A DNA stretch of 64,000 nucleotides from the human T2T-CHM13v2.0 reference genome, Homo sapiens. The DNA lies in the NCBI RefSeq assembly GCF_009914755.1, contig NC_060928.1; one strand, 5' to 3'. How positions within the stretch are numbered: position 1 is the first letter of the stretch; each line of letters starts with the position of its first letter. The position numbers and the translations under genes were made by a program. A model generated the notes under the pieces. It searched no databases and was not told the origin of the DNA. It was given only the letters and a program-made list of their open reading frames with translations. Below, in pieces: positions 1-20,130 of the stretch.

Positions 1-6629
<6,629 letters not shown>

Positions 6630-6984
6630 AGATGTTATTTATCTGAATACATTGAATACATTCTTTCCCCTACTTAGAGATGTGGGTGTATAATGCTCAA
6701 ATCTCCATCAAAAGAGGAAGAATGAGTTTTACACAATAAATGTAGAGAGAATGTAATAATTAGGTTTTGGTGGAAAAAGCTGGATGGAAATATGGAGTCA
6801 TGTAAGACTGGGTTTCTGTCATGCAACTAGCTGTACAACTGGGGCATTATGGGTTACTGAACCACTTTGAGATCCTGGTTTATGACTTTTGCCGATATAT
6901 TTAGGTTTAAATGTTACTTCAGGTTACTTCTATATATATTTGCTTAACAGTTTTCAATTTTGGAGGTGATTTTCCATGTATGTT

Positions 6985-7354
6985 TTCTCTGCTTGGAATG
7001 CTCTTCTTTTAGATACTCACCTGTAGATATTAACTTCTTAACCCCCTTCGAGACTGTGTTGATGTTACATTAGTGACTCCTCTTTGGGACCTTCTTTGAA
7101 CATTGCAACTCCATCTTTCTCATCACTTATCACTTCTTTTCCCTTCTTCATTTCTCCATAACACTTATTACCTTATGATGTACTTTGTAATTTACTTATT
7201 TATTATGTTCGTGGCCTGTCTCCCCAGTTTGGAGTGTTAGAGCTTCAAGTTGGCAGACATTTTTGCACTTTGGTTTAGATCTATGATAAGACAAGATAAA
7301 TAGCATGGATTTAATATTTGTCAGGTGAATGAATGAATGAATGAATGAATGAAT
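6985..7354 (+). mobile_element. L2 LINE 3' end with (GAAT)n tail
   Basis: tctgcttggaatgctctt..., tgtctcccc..., ending in tgaatgaatgaatgaat (7326-7354), the characteristic L2 3' terminus. Confidence 0.8.
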
Positions 7355-8309
7355 TCTCTCCTTGGATTCTCAGACAATTCTGTGATGTAGTTTGAATACT
7401 CATTGATAGTTTAGAAATGAGGTATAGTAGGGAAATCAAAAGATAACTTAATGTTCTATGCCTGATTCCGCTCTCAATGCCAAGGACTTGCTTAACTTTC
7501 TAAGCACAAGAAAGCCCCAGAAGATTTCACTGAAAACCTCCTGTGTAGAGCTGGAAGCTCAAACTGCAAATTCTCCACCCTCTATGACCTTCTAAGGAAA
7601 TTTATGACATAAGTTTGTCCTTGTGCTTCTTGATTTGCTAACTTCTCTTAGTTTAACTGAAAATATTCTACTAACTTGCTAATACATTTAAGTACAATTT
7701 TAAATTTCTTTTAAAGACAATTGAAAATACAGTTTAATTATTTTAAAGATCATATATATGTGTATGTATGTGTATATATGTGCATACACAGTCAGTTTGG
7801 AAAACGCAGATGAGAACAACAATACAAGAAAATTATGACAAAAATGCACTGCCAAGTGGTAATCATAATGAACATTTTGATCATTCTCTCTTGCTTTCCA
7901 TTTATATATACATCCCCCAGCTATTTATTCAACAACTAGTGATCATTATGTGCCAGATTTTGTTCTAGCTAATACAGTGACTATAGGTAGGTTTATATAT
8001 ATTTGATAATATAGGACTATATCATCCATATTATTTTTAAACCACTTTTAAAAAATACAGTGAACATCTCATGTCATTAATGGTTTTCCTATTTCGATTA
8101 AAATAATGCATCATTTAACTGAGAGTATGATAATCCACTTTAGAGATTTACCAGAGATTAGTCAATTTCTTCTTTTTAGGGAAGTTGAGTCTTTTCCAAA
8201 TATTTAAGTTTCCTTAATCCTTAAAGGTGTATTTTAACTCTGTGAAATCCTCAAGGGCAATGATCTTGTCCTGTTTATTCATTTTATCAAGTGTAGTAGC
8301 TATTATATC

Positions 8310-8430
8310 ATTAATTTGACAGATGAGAAAACTGAGGCTTAGAGAAGTTAAGTAATTTACTAACAGCCATAGAGTCAGGAAATGGCTGAAATGACCACCA
8401 AAGCCAAATATGACTGCAAATTCCATGTTA
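8310..8430 (-). mobile_element. MIR SINE fragment
   Basis: acagatgagaaaactgaggcttagagaagttaagt matches the reverse MIR core. Confidence 0.85.
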
Positions 8431-9389
8431 TTTCAGCCACACCTGCATCACATGGGTGATTCTCTCTCACTTCCTCTAATAATTGTCAATATTATTCCAA
8501 TACCAAGGCTACCTTGGCCTGGGCCCACCTTTCAGGGCCAGGCTTGTTTTCCTGGCTTTGTTGCCTGTAACAGTTTTTCTGAGATCCCAATGTCTGCAGT
8601 TTTTCATGACACCTAAACTTCTATATTCTAGTATAATCTCCTTCTTAGGAAAAATCTTCAAAGTCATTCATGGTATGGTATGTAAAACATACAAAAATGG
8701 AAAGATCGCCACTCCCAGCAGGATTTACATTTTTAGAATGGTCAGGAAGTCTTAAGATAAAAATAGAGCACACTAATGATGAAATTTTAGATATTGGTAG
8801 TATATGAGATGGATCTTTAGCTAAGTAGAGGTTTTCATGCAGAGAAGTTGGCTAGTGGGAGGGAAGTGTGTTTTAGGTATATGAAGTGCTCTCAGCAAAG
8901 GCAGGGGTGTAAAGGAGTGTGTTGGATTCAGGGGACAGTGAGCTTCACATTGTGTGTGGTGTATAGCTGAGAGCAGAGAGATCAACCAGTAGCCATTGCT
9001 TGGGACGTGAAGTCTCTGGAAGTTTATGCTTACCTGTGTGTAAGCTGATCTCTTGGGTGAGGGGCAGGTGCAGTCCATTAACTTACATGTGGAGTTCTAA
9101 TTGGAAACCCAATTAGACAGGGTGCCTAATTGCTCTGCTTCAAGACACCCAAATCATCTGATTATTGAACATGTTATTTCACTTTCATAACTATGTACAC
9201 AAACTCTGTGGCCTTGAACATGAATGGCTTTGCTATATACTGATTAAATAAGTAGCCCTTCTTACATTTCAAGGCCACCATTCATGTATGTTGCATTTGG
9301 TTGTCTTTTTAATTAACTTTTGCTTTACTGAAAATAAATTAGAAAGATCAATTTGATTATTCTTATAAGTAGTATCTTAATGGAAGACT

Positions 9390-9560
9390 CTCAGCATTTT
9401 AGCCAAGTAGATCTAGTCAAGTTGCTTTGTGCCTTTGAGTTCCAGACTGCTTCTGTGGAAAGTGGAGATAATATACCTAACATTTGCTGTGATGAGTAAA
9501 TGAAGAAATGAGTGCACATGAATGACTAAGAAAAGGCACTCAATAAGTGGTATCATTGTT
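9390..9560 (+). mobile_element. MIR fragment (degenerate)
   Basis: gtggagataatatacctaacatttgctgtgatgagtaaatga...ggcactcaataagtggta resembles the MIR 3' half. Confidence 0.6.
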
Positions 9561-9639
9561 GGTATTATTTCAATAATAATGTATCATATGCGACGATATC
9601 AGAACTAGAAGGAGATGATTTATTGGTTAATCAGTGTCT

Positions 9640-10470
9640 TCATTCATTCATCCATTTAACATATATTTATTGAATATTTTCTGTGAATCAAGGATTGTGC
9701 TAAGTTTTAGTAGTAAAGCCTAAAATGTAACACTGATATTGCCTTCATGGGGCTCATTCTTGTGAAGGCACATATGTTAGTTTTTGTGGCTGCTGGAACA
9801 AATGCCTACCTTAGTGGCTTAAAATAATGCAAGTTTATTATCTTACAGTTCTATAAGTCAGAAGTCCAACATGGATCTCACTGGGCTAAAATCAGCAGGG
9901 TTGTCTTCTTTTCTAGAAGCTCTAGAGGAGAGTCCGTTTCCTTGCCTTTTCCATTTTTTTAGAGGCTGCTCCTATTCCTTGGCTCATAGTCCCTTCCTCT
10001 GTCATCAAAGTCAGCAACTTGGTGTCTCCTTGACCATTCTTCTGTTGCCACATTTCTTTCTGACTCTGATCTCAATCAGAAAAGATTCTTTGAAGGACAT
10101 ATGATTTAGTTGGGTCCACCATGATATTCTAGGATAATTTCCCCATCTAAGGGTCCTTAAGCATAATCACAAGTGCCAAGTCCCTTTTTCCATATGAGGT
10201 AATATATTCCCATGTTCCAGAGGTTAGGATGTGGACACCTTTGGGGGAACATTATTCTGCCTACCACAGGAAATATACTATAAACAACAAAATATGAGCA
10301 AATAAATATGAATAGGTAGTGTGAGTTATTGATAAGAGTTAGGGACTAAGTAAAGCAAGCTAAAAGGAATACAGAGTTCCAGGGAGGAAAAGGGATTACA
10401 ATTTGTCTGGGCAGTCCAGTAAGTCCTCACTGATAAGGTGACATTTGAGTGACACTTGAATTAGGTTTAA
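9640..10470 (-). mobile_element. L2 3' end interrupted by an MLT1 LTR
   Basis: cattcattcatccatttaacatatatttattgaat...gccttcatggggctcattct lies before the LTR, and taaacaa...tgataaggtgacatttgag resumes after it. Confidence 0.75.
9773..10268 (-). mobile_element. MaLR solo LTR, MLT1C/D-like
   Basis: tgttagttt..ggctgctggaacaaat..ggcttaaaataatgcaagtttattatcttacagttct...gggggaacattattctgcctaccaca. Confidence 0.88.
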
Positions 10471-10496
10471 GCAGAAATTATTTAACAAACCTATAC

Positions 10497-10836
10497 TGCT
10501 AAGACTAAATGCTTTTGCCACCTCCACAAATTCATCCTAACCCCCAAGTTGATGACATTAGGAGGTAAAGCCTTTGGTAGGTGATTAGACCATGAGGGCA
10601 GATCTCTCATGAATGGGATTAGTGCTCTTATGAAAGAGACCCCAGAGAGATCCCTTACCAGGTGAGGACACAATGAGAAGACAGCGATCTATGAATGAGA
10701 GACTTCTTACCTGCTGGCTCCTTGATCCTGCATTGTTTATTTTTTATAAACTACCCTACCTGTGGTATTCTGTTTTGTTTTTATAAACTACCCTACCTAT
10801 GGTATTTTGTTATAGCAGTTCAAGTGGGCTAAGACA
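10497..10836 (+). mobile_element. MaLR solo LTR, MLT1A-like, with 5-bp TSD (tatac/taaac)
   Basis: TG...CA termini, gaatgggattagtgctcttat and ggtattttgttatagcag motifs; flanks 10492-10496 and 10837-10841. Confidence 0.9.
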
Positions 10837-11604
10837 TAAACTTTAAACATTTCTCTTGAACATAAAATGAATGAAGTATATTTATTCACTAAACATTGAT
10901 AAACGTCCAAGCCATTTCTGAATACATGAGCCTTCAGATAGGATACTAATCATGCATTGAGATTTTTTCTTTTCTTTTCTTTAAAGTGGACCAAGAACCT
11001 AAGATATTGATGAAAGCAATTTGAATTCTTAATCTTCAGGATTTTGACAATTTTCTCCCAATTTTTTATAGTTGTTTCTATAGCAAACTTTTTATTATCT
11101 TTCCTCTTTTCATACTCGCTTTATTGGTTTATATAAAACCAACGACTAAATTAAGTAATTTACAACAACAATTACAACTATAATGGGAACAAGTTGAACA
11201 GACTTCTGATAAATGTACCATTCAAATAATGGGAGAAGTATATGGGTATGTTAGACAGTAGACTATTGACTCTGGGTGAGGGTGCCACAGGCAATAATAG
11301 CTCTGTAGTTAATGGAGGAAATGAGAAGTATCATTGCTTTATCTGATGTGTTAATTAAATGGTGGTCTCTTACAAATGCTCTTACAGCATTACTAACCTG
11401 AATTCAATCAACCTTTATACCAAAGTTTCATCATTTTAAAAATTTGATGAAAAGGCTTAATGGGTATGAGATAGAAATATGAGTTGTTGTAGTGTAAAGA
11501 TAGTTGAAGTTACAGAATTAGATGCATTCAATATTTATTCCAAAGACTTTCTATTGAAATGTTTCAGATGATGCCCCTAAATAACTTGAAAAAAAAGAAG
11601 AATT

Positions 11605-12360
11605 TTCTGCTTTTATTTTAGTTATAGGGGGTAGCTGTGTAGGTTTGTTACATGGGTATATTGTACTCAAGTTGTAAGCATAATTCTCAAGAGTTAATTT
11701 TTCAACCCATGCTTTTCTCCCTCTCTCACCCCTCTAGCAGTACACAGTGTCTATTATTCCCATGTTTTTGTCCATGTGTGTTCAATGGTTAGTTGCTGCT
11801 TATCAATGAGAACATGAAATATTTGGTTTTCTGTTCCTACATTATTTCACTTAGGGTTACAGCCTCCAGCTCCATTCATGTTGCTGCAAAGAACATGAAT
11901 TTATTCCTTTTTATGGCTGAGTAATATTCCATGGTGTATATGTACTACATTTTCTTTCTTCAGTCCACTGTTGATGGGCACCTAGGTTGATTCCATGTCT
12001 TTGCCATTGTGAATAGCATGACAATGAACATAAAAGTACATGTGTCTTTTTGGTATAATGATCTATTTTCTTTTATGTATATACCCAGTAATGGGATTGC
12101 TGGGCTGAATTCTAGCTCTGTTTCAAATTCTTTGAGAAATCTCCAAACTGCTTTCCACAGTGGTTGAACTAATTTACATTCCCAGCAACAGTGTATAAGC
12201 ATTCCCTTTTCTCTGCAGCCTCACTAGTATCTGTTATTTTTTGACTTTTTGATAATAGCCAATTCTGACTGGTGTGAGATGGTATCTCATTGTGGTTTTG
12301 ATTTGCATTTCTCTAATGATTAGTGATGTTGAGCACTTTTTCACCTTTTTTGGCTACTTA
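11605..12360 (-). mobile_element. 5'-truncated L1 (L1PA15/16- or L1PB-like) 3' end
   Basis: Minus-strand ORF 11960-12202 is the L1 ORF2 C-terminus (HCCWECKLVQPLWK..TWNQPRCPS). 3'UTR and T-rich tail at the left. Confidence 0.93.
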
Positions 12361-12394
12361 CATCATATTTCTTCTCTCCCACTGAATCACTCAG

Positions 12395-12560
12395 CTTTGT
12401 GCAAGTCTACCCTCTCTGTTCCCCAGTTTTTTAAATTTGAGAATTGGGAATGATAATAGAACCTATCTCATAGGGTTGTTATGAATTTCAAGTGGGTTAA
12501 ATCTAGTAAAGAGCTCAGAAAAGTGCATGGTATATAGTAATCCAGCAGGAAGTGTGAGCT
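12395..12560 (+). mobile_element. MIR
   Basis: cctctctgttccccagttt...gggaatgataatagaacctatctcatagggttgttatga. Confidence 0.8.
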
Positions 12561-12745
12561 ACACATGTCTGTAGCTGTGAAAAATGCTGTGTATATGAGA
12601 CCAAATAAAAGGTTCGTCTTCTTAGTTTACTTATAGTCCAATGTTGTGCTGGTAGTGCAGATCTCTTGGATATCATAGAGCATAAGAGTTATTTCAGAAG
12701 TTCATGAAAAATATGTATGTTATTTTTTTGAAAACACTTGCTCAT

Positions 12746-13111
<366 letters not shown>

Positions 13112-13834
13112 TTATTGTTGTAACAAGCACTCCAGGTGGTCAGAAGGCCACTGGGGAGAAGCAGTCATTTAGTCACCCATGGATTAAAGTTCAACTCTTT
13201 AACACTGGGTGCTCACTTTTTGTGTGTGTATATTTCCATTTCTGTGTGCAACGTGGTTAGTAGTGGCAGCTTAAGGCCCCAATATATCAACTGGAAAAAG
13301 TCCAAAATAATTTTAATTAAAAAAACTTTAAAAACATCAAGAGCAGAGAAAGAATCAAGGAACAAATGAGCCACAATTCCAGAGAGAGATAATTATTTCA
13401 ATGTGAGATGACACGTGTTTCCCTTGGAGCATTTTCTGATTCTGGATGTGTGAGGAGGACCAGGCTTGGCCAGACAGAGAGGCTTTGTTAGGGGAAAGAG
13501 AAGCTAGTTGAGCTTTAGTGTCAGGTAGGGACCTGGGACATCCACTGAATTGTGGGGCTGTGTGGACAGCTAGGGGAATGGAGGATGAAGGCAAGGCCAA
13601 AATCATGTAAAGGCAGAATAAATTTTTTTTACAATATTGCCATATTTAGGAGGGATCTTACTCCAATTACAAATTATATAATTGGTCTCCCCCTTAGGAA
13701 GCTTGGTGAGAAAGGTTAAAGCTCTAAAGAGCAGAATTATTTCTTCTACACAGATTTTTAGGGCTAGGAAGAAAGGTGGAGCTAGAGCGAGAAAGAGAGA
13801 ATTATCCAAAATATTAAAAATATACTTCATATAC

Positions 13835-14140
13835 ACTCAGAAATATTAAAAGTAAAATGATAAAAATAAGATGGAGCATGCAAACACTAGCTGAAGAAAG
13901 CTAGTATAGCTATAAAAATTTTAAAGTAAACTACAGGTAAGAATCACTATTAGAAATAAAAATATTTCCAAATGGAAGAGAAGTCAATTCCATAGTATAT
14001 TGGCATCAAATATCTGTGTTCATCAATAATATGGCTTTAAAATATATGAAGCAAAAATTAATAGAACTAAAAGAACAACTAGAGAAGTACACAGTCATAC
14101 CTGAGATTTTAACACATTTTTCTCAATAGTTGATTTTTTA
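13835..14140 (+). mobile_element. Ancient L1 (L1M4/L1ME-like) ORF2 endonuclease-region fragment
   Basis: atgcaaacactagctgaagaaagctagtatagctata...aaatatatgaagcaaaaattaatagaactaaaag...gagattttaacacatttttctcaatagttgat. Confidence 0.75.
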
Positions 14141-16699
14141 AAAATAATAATAAATCCACATCCTACTTTGCATCCAGTTTTTAAGCATAGAATTATGTGC
14201 TACAAAGTCATTTGGCTCCTTGTTAAATACTTTTTATGATGAGACACTCACTACTTTTTTGAGGTAATCAAATCCATTTCAAGAGCACTCTAATCTAACT
14301 TGTGACTCAGATTTTATTAGGTAGTGATTCCTAGAAATGGAAGTACAACAATAATATATGTCCTCTCTAAGAACATTCAGCAAGTTAGTGTTTGATCTGG
14401 GTCATGAATCCTGGTCTCAAGACTCATAATTCAATTAAATATTCTCTAAATGAATTTTAAATATTATCTGACTGGATTAAATACTCCCTGAGGGTAGGAA
14501 CTTTCTTTTGCCCTTTTTGCAATACATACCTTTAGAGTCCTCATATATTACTGAACACTTCAGTGGGGGTGGAGAGTGGTTTTGGTGGGGAAAGATGAAA
14601 CAGATAAGAAAAATCACTGCTTTTATATCCAGTTGGGGTCAAAGTACTCCTGACTGTGTGCCCCCTAGAAACCCACCCAAACTCTCAGAGCCTCACTTTT
14701 CTCAATTTTTATGTAAAGTTGAAAAGCTATGCCATTCGAAGAGCCTATATGGCACAGGGGCTTAATATATATTAAATACATAGTTCCTGATAAATATTTA
14801 CTGTTTGAGAGGCATAAGAAAAGTTACCAATAATTATGAAATAAAAAGACTGTAAAACCTTTTAATGAGGAAGATTGTACAAGCATATGTATCAGTCCAA
14901 AGTAGACAAATGGTAAATTCATCATGTTATTTGTTAAAAAACAGCACCAGTTTTACATAGCAGTCCATTATAAAACACAACACACTTTTTGTCTAAATGG
15001 GTTTTAGGCAGACTTTCATTTTTTTTAATGCTGTAAAATTCTTCTCTTATTCAAAGTTTAAAATGGCTCCCTATGAGACCATTAATAAATATTTCTCTCT
15101 GTTAGAGTGATTTTTTTAAGCTCTTCTTGTCCAGAAAGCAGAGACCAACATGATAATAAGTGAGAGCACAAGCGTATTTTCTCTTTAAGATATCTCTGGT
15201 CATAGGACAGGCTCATTAATGTTGTCATAGCAACCATTCCCTCACAGGTTACATGCTTGTGAGCTTCTACTAAGATGCAAATTCTCGATTAAACAAAGCA
15301 AGCTTACTCTGAAATGGCATGTCAACTTTCAAGGGGGAGTAGAGTGCTCTGATGATTTTATTTTTTCCATATGCAATATACTATTTAAAGAGCTGACTTC
15401 TTTGTTTTCCCCTATATGTTAACTCTTATTTTGTCCAAAATGCATTTTGCCCAAAAATAGGAAGAAGATAGATTAAAATGGGATCTCAATAGAAGCTCTC
15501 CTTTCACATTTATTTGCCTCCTGATACCACCTGTCACATCATCCCTTGATAAGCCAGTGCAGATAAAAATGTTCATAAGTCAGTCTAAAACATATTTAAC
15601 ATGAACTCGCCCTTGAAGCCTTCTTTTCGTCTCAGATCTACCCTTCTTTGATTGTTCAACTTGTGTCTACACCCATTACAATGCCATTATGAGAATTATA
15701 GTCCAGAAATCAAGGAAGTTTCAGTGAGAAAGCCAGGCTCAACTCAATACCTTGAAGTTGGATGTGGAGGTTGATCCTCTCCCCTCCAATCTACACACCT
15801 TGACCTTGACCCATAGAGGATGCTGCTGTCATTTCCCTTCCCCATAGAACTAATGAGGTCAAAGGATGGAAACTAGGGCATTTGATGAATAATTTGTGTG
15901 ATTGTTGAAGTTTCAAAAGCTGCAGATAGAAGTGGGGACAGGTATTAAGATAATAAAGCAGATGCTAAAGTCAACAATAAATTAAGGAGAGTGGCTAGGG
16001 TATTGAAAGAGCACAAAGAAGGGTAATAAGTGTAAAAATAGGAACATATGCTTCAAAGGAGCTGGGCTTTTGGAGAAGGAAGGTAGGAGAGACAGTTATA
16101 ATGGGGCAATGAGAAGTAACACAAATATTTCCCCCATACATAGCCCACCTTTAAAATGGCTGCTAAGAGATCATCATGGTAGTAAGTGATTATGGATGAT
16201 CGAGGGTGCTTTGTCTTCTGATGGAGAGTGAGGTGACAGGTATGTATGTTGTGTTGCTTGGAGATATCAAGTGAAACTCACCTGAGGCTAAATGTGTTTT
16301 GGTAGCCTGGAACATGCAGTCATTGAACTTCTGAGGGTGCATGTTCTTGCCTGATGGTGGGGTACACATGCTATTATGAGAAACCCTGTATTTTGGAGGT
16401 TTATAAAGTTTTTCTCCTTGTATGTATTATCTATTACCAGAATCCTGAAGTGAATGAGTGATGAATGGTAAGACTTGGCATCCTGTATTCAAATTATTCT
16501 TAGTAATGTGACCATAGGTCATTGTTAGGATCTTTAGGGAATATACCATTATAATCTAGAGTGAGAGATAAAACTACAATTGACTGCCGTGCACATATTT
16601 GCAATAACCAAATATTGTCTCATTTGATGAAAAAACTAAAGAGAATTAAACGTCCCAGGACTCTCACTCCTGTATGAGTATCCTTCCTCTTTTTAATAG

Positions 16700-16935
16700 A
16701 GTTTCAGCCAACAGAGGACTAGACTGGAAATTGAGAGATCTAGACTTAAGACTTATAGGAACTCCTAATTAACTAAATGAGTGACCTTTGGGGGGGGGAA
16801 CCTCTCTGTGCCTTAGTTTCTCCATGTTTCTCCATCTATACTACAGAGATAATGTATACTGATCCTTTTTCCTATAAATGTGGAGAGTCAAGTATTGATG
16901 CAGATGAGAGTGCTTTAGAAATAAATTACTTTTTA
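16700..16935 (+). mobile_element. MIR (degenerate, with G9 run)
   Basis: gagtgacctttggg...aacctctctgtgccttagtttctccat...gagagtgctttagaaataaa. Confidence 0.65.
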
Positions 16936-18499
16936 TAAATGTTATATCTATTTTCTATCTTGGAGATAGGATGAGCACTGCAAGTAAGATCAAGTTTGGT
17001 CTATGCACTTCGTAAACAAATTCCATCAGCATCATATTTAGAATAGTGTCCTGACATAGTGATGGGTTGTAAGGTATTGTTTTGGAGGCATTTGTCTGGT
17101 GGCTAACATTTCTAAGAGATGGCTATATTTTAAGTCACAAGATGAGCCCATAGAACAACACTGCCATTTCCAAGTTTGGGTTAATCATTTAATTTCTCTG
17201 GACATCTAGACCTTCATTTGTATGTAAAGTAGAGATTTTGATATGTGCTCTGCCTCTTTTGTGGGAATACTGTGAAAATCAAATATAATGCATATTAAAG
17301 TCTTTTGTTAACCATGGAAAGAAACCATTTCTAGTGGAATTTGATGAGGTCCATAAGTAGAATGCATGATTTATTGTTTTTATAACCTTAGTGACTAGTA
17401 GCATGTTACACAGCAGGAATTCAAGAAAAGCTTGTAAAAATAAATTGTGATTCTGACTTTGCATTTGAGTCCCTCTTCTTTCTCTGTTTCCATATGAGCT
17501 TAGCTCCAAGACCAATCATGAAATCTATAGTGTGGGTTCCATTCTGTTCCTGGGCCCTGTGATTCCCAGAGCTATGCTTCACTTCTCTTCCCTCTCGTTC
17601 CTCACCCCACCCTGCCACCCACCTAGTTCAGGGTGAAGTCTGAAGTCTTTATCCCAGTGTTATTTTTTAAATATCCCAAATGATTACTGCATCACTGAAA
17701 AGATCTGCTGTGACCCACCTATCACATTACAAATGCGTAATACTGAAAAGGCTGGCAAGAGATGGGACTAATGTGCGGGCTTAGATTGTGTTATTTTAAA
17801 TCGGTTTTAAAACATACTTTTTGTTAAATATTATTCCAAAAGTGGTTTGTTTTAGATGAGATAATGATGTGGAGATATATTTTTTGAAGTTTTAATATCT
17901 TTAATATTTATATGTTTCTAATTGATAGACATTTTTCTTACAAAAATCAATAACAAATACAATACCAACAAGCAGATTTTGTTTACAAGTGGTTGAAGGA
18001 CAGTGCTATTTTGAGCTCACTTGGGCAAAGAAGGGACAGAGAGGCAAACATCAGCAGGTGAATAATGGGCAGAAAATGATTTTTTTTCACATGACAAGAC
18101 TTAAGTCTTTACAGGAGCAAATGTCAGTTACCTGGAGAATGGAGGCCATGGTTACATATGGGAACATGGGAAAAGCAACATCTGTGAGGCAGGGCAGCTA
18201 TGAGAGATGCAGCCAATGACCTGGAAATAAGGTTTGGCTACAGTTCAGTCATCCATGGGTTTAAATAGTGTTCTTAGGCAACTGTGCTTGTCTACAAAGG
18301 AACCTCTTAGAAGATCTTGCTTTTGCTTCATTTGGTGTGCCTTGCATAGCCAACTTAGAGACCCTCTTGGTTTGACCCTTACCCAACATAAGGCCATAAT
18401 TCATTTTGGGTGGAAGACTCCTCTTTCCTTTGATAAGTGATTGAAATAAGACAGTCATGCGAGTTTATATTTATGTTATATTGGCGCATTCTTTGTTAG

Positions 18500-18664
18500 C
18501 ATTCTTCTTCCATCTCTCTTTTCATCCCTTCTTTTTTAGCTTTCACTGCTTCTTCCTCATCTACCTTCTCTTCCTTTTCCTCCTTTTCCTCCTTCCCCCT
18601 TGCCTCTTCTCTTCTTCTTCTCCCTCCTCTTTTTCCTTTTACTCATCCTCCTCTTCCTCTTTTC
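18500..18664 (+). repeat. CT-rich low-complexity polypyrimidine tract
   Basis: ~165 bp almost entirely C/T (cttcttcctc...). Confidence 0.9.
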
Positions 18665-18949
18665 AGAGTAAAGAGGCAACAGAAAAGTTCAAAGGAGTGA
18701 GAGGCAATAGAAAAACCTCATCATAATTTTCCAGGTAAATATATGACATATGGCTCTGATATGGAAAAACACTGGCAAGTGAACAAAGTAATGTAAAAGG
18801 CCATGATAGGAAATTGCTCTGAAGCCCTAGGGAATGAAAATGAAAGCAGAATTAGGCACAACAATTTAATGAAAGATTATGTAGAAGGTTAGAGCTCTAA
18901 ATCTTCCAAAGATCATTAAGATTTTTTAAAGAAAAAAGTAACAACAATC

Positions 18950-20130
18950 TCTATTCCAGTTAAGATATTTTTAGCTAAAAAGATATTACTCAATTGGCTT
19001 AAATAAAGGAACACGTTACTTTACACAAAAGGAAGTCCCAACATAAAATAGTGTCAAATCAAAATTGCACTAGCCAGAGTTAAACAGGCAAGGAAGACTT
19101 TTTTCAACACTATTGCAATAGGAAAGAGAGAAAGAACTCAACTCCACTGAAACAAAGGGCTGGAGGGCTTTTAAACTCTGGGTTGAGCTCATGGAAAAGT
19201 ACTGAAATACATTGGAGGGGAAGTTGGTCAGTGTGATTAGGCTATCTGAGTTCACTAATTGTCCCTTATTGTAGTTAGGCTCCTACTCTCCCACAGAAAC
19301 TGGGAGATAGGGGTATTACATTTTTAATTATTATATTTCAAAGGGATGGTGCCTAGGTCCTTGAAAAAAAAATCCTGTATTATAAAACTGTCCTGAGGCT
19401 GGGAGAAAATTTACATCACAAAGGGCAGAGAAATAATTTACAATTGCAAGTTTTCTAAAGTAAATCTAAGAAAAGAGCTCAGGGACCTACAGTCAAGAAG
19501 AAACAAACTTGAAGTTTAGTAAAACTCTGGGGAATGCCCAGGCTGTCTTGGTCAATAGTTTTGGGGCTGATTTAATTCAGAGTGGTAACCTTAAAGAAGC
19601 AGGGTGATTTTATCTTTGCTCAAATTCACTTGAGAAAATAAAGAGAAGAGTCATTCAATGCTGATATAACTGAAAGTCAAGGGTAATTGGTTTTGGGCAT
19701 TGTTGGACCTAGGTGTTTGAGTTTCATCAGAAATCTGTTTCTGTATCTTTTGCTTATCTTTTTATTCACTTTTATTTTAGTTCATTCTCAGACAGGCTTT
19801 TCTTTCCTTATGTCAAGATTCTCATTATTAATTCTAGAATTACATCCTTTCCATCTTGCATAACTTCAGAAAGAGTGTCTCATTCTCAATAATTTTAACA
19901 AAAATCTCATATGATTTACACTGTTCAGCTTGGACTATGTGTCCGACTCTCAATCCATCTCTTAGCCAGGGGAATAGAAAATATTCGTTTTCTCAGTCTG
20001 GGCATTTTATGTGCCTTAAGCTGGAAGATGAGTTCTTTCTTAACCAGAATGAGTAATTTTCAAAGGGAAAATCATCATGCTGTAGCAGGAAAGGGCAAAA
20101 TGCATGTCGGGGAGGCTAAAACAATAGATT
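18950..20130 (-). mobile_element. Old MaLR LTR remnants (MLT1J/K-like), split by an ERV1 LTR
   Basis: actcaattggcttaaataaagg, ttcattctcagacaggcttt, agcttggactatgtgtcc...agccagggga and aagggaaaatc...tgctgt motifs typical of MLT1J/K. Confidence 0.6.
19052..19554 (-). mobile_element. ERV1-class solo LTR (MER31/MER67-like) with perfect 4-bp TSD ATAG
   Basis: Termini tgtcaaa...ggtca. aaaattgcac..agttaaacaggcaaggaagactt matches the reversed 3' end of this LTR group. ATAG at 19048-19051 and 19555-19558. Confidence 0.85.

Noticed and set aside
18116-18231. Possible extra exon (tctttacag|...aag|gtttgg)
   Set aside because: Short pyrimidine tract and weak donor; indistinguishable from background pseudo-exons.
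18457-18726. Hydrophobic 89-aa ORF resembling a membrane peptide
   Set aside because: The F/L/S richness is just translation of the CT-rich tract.
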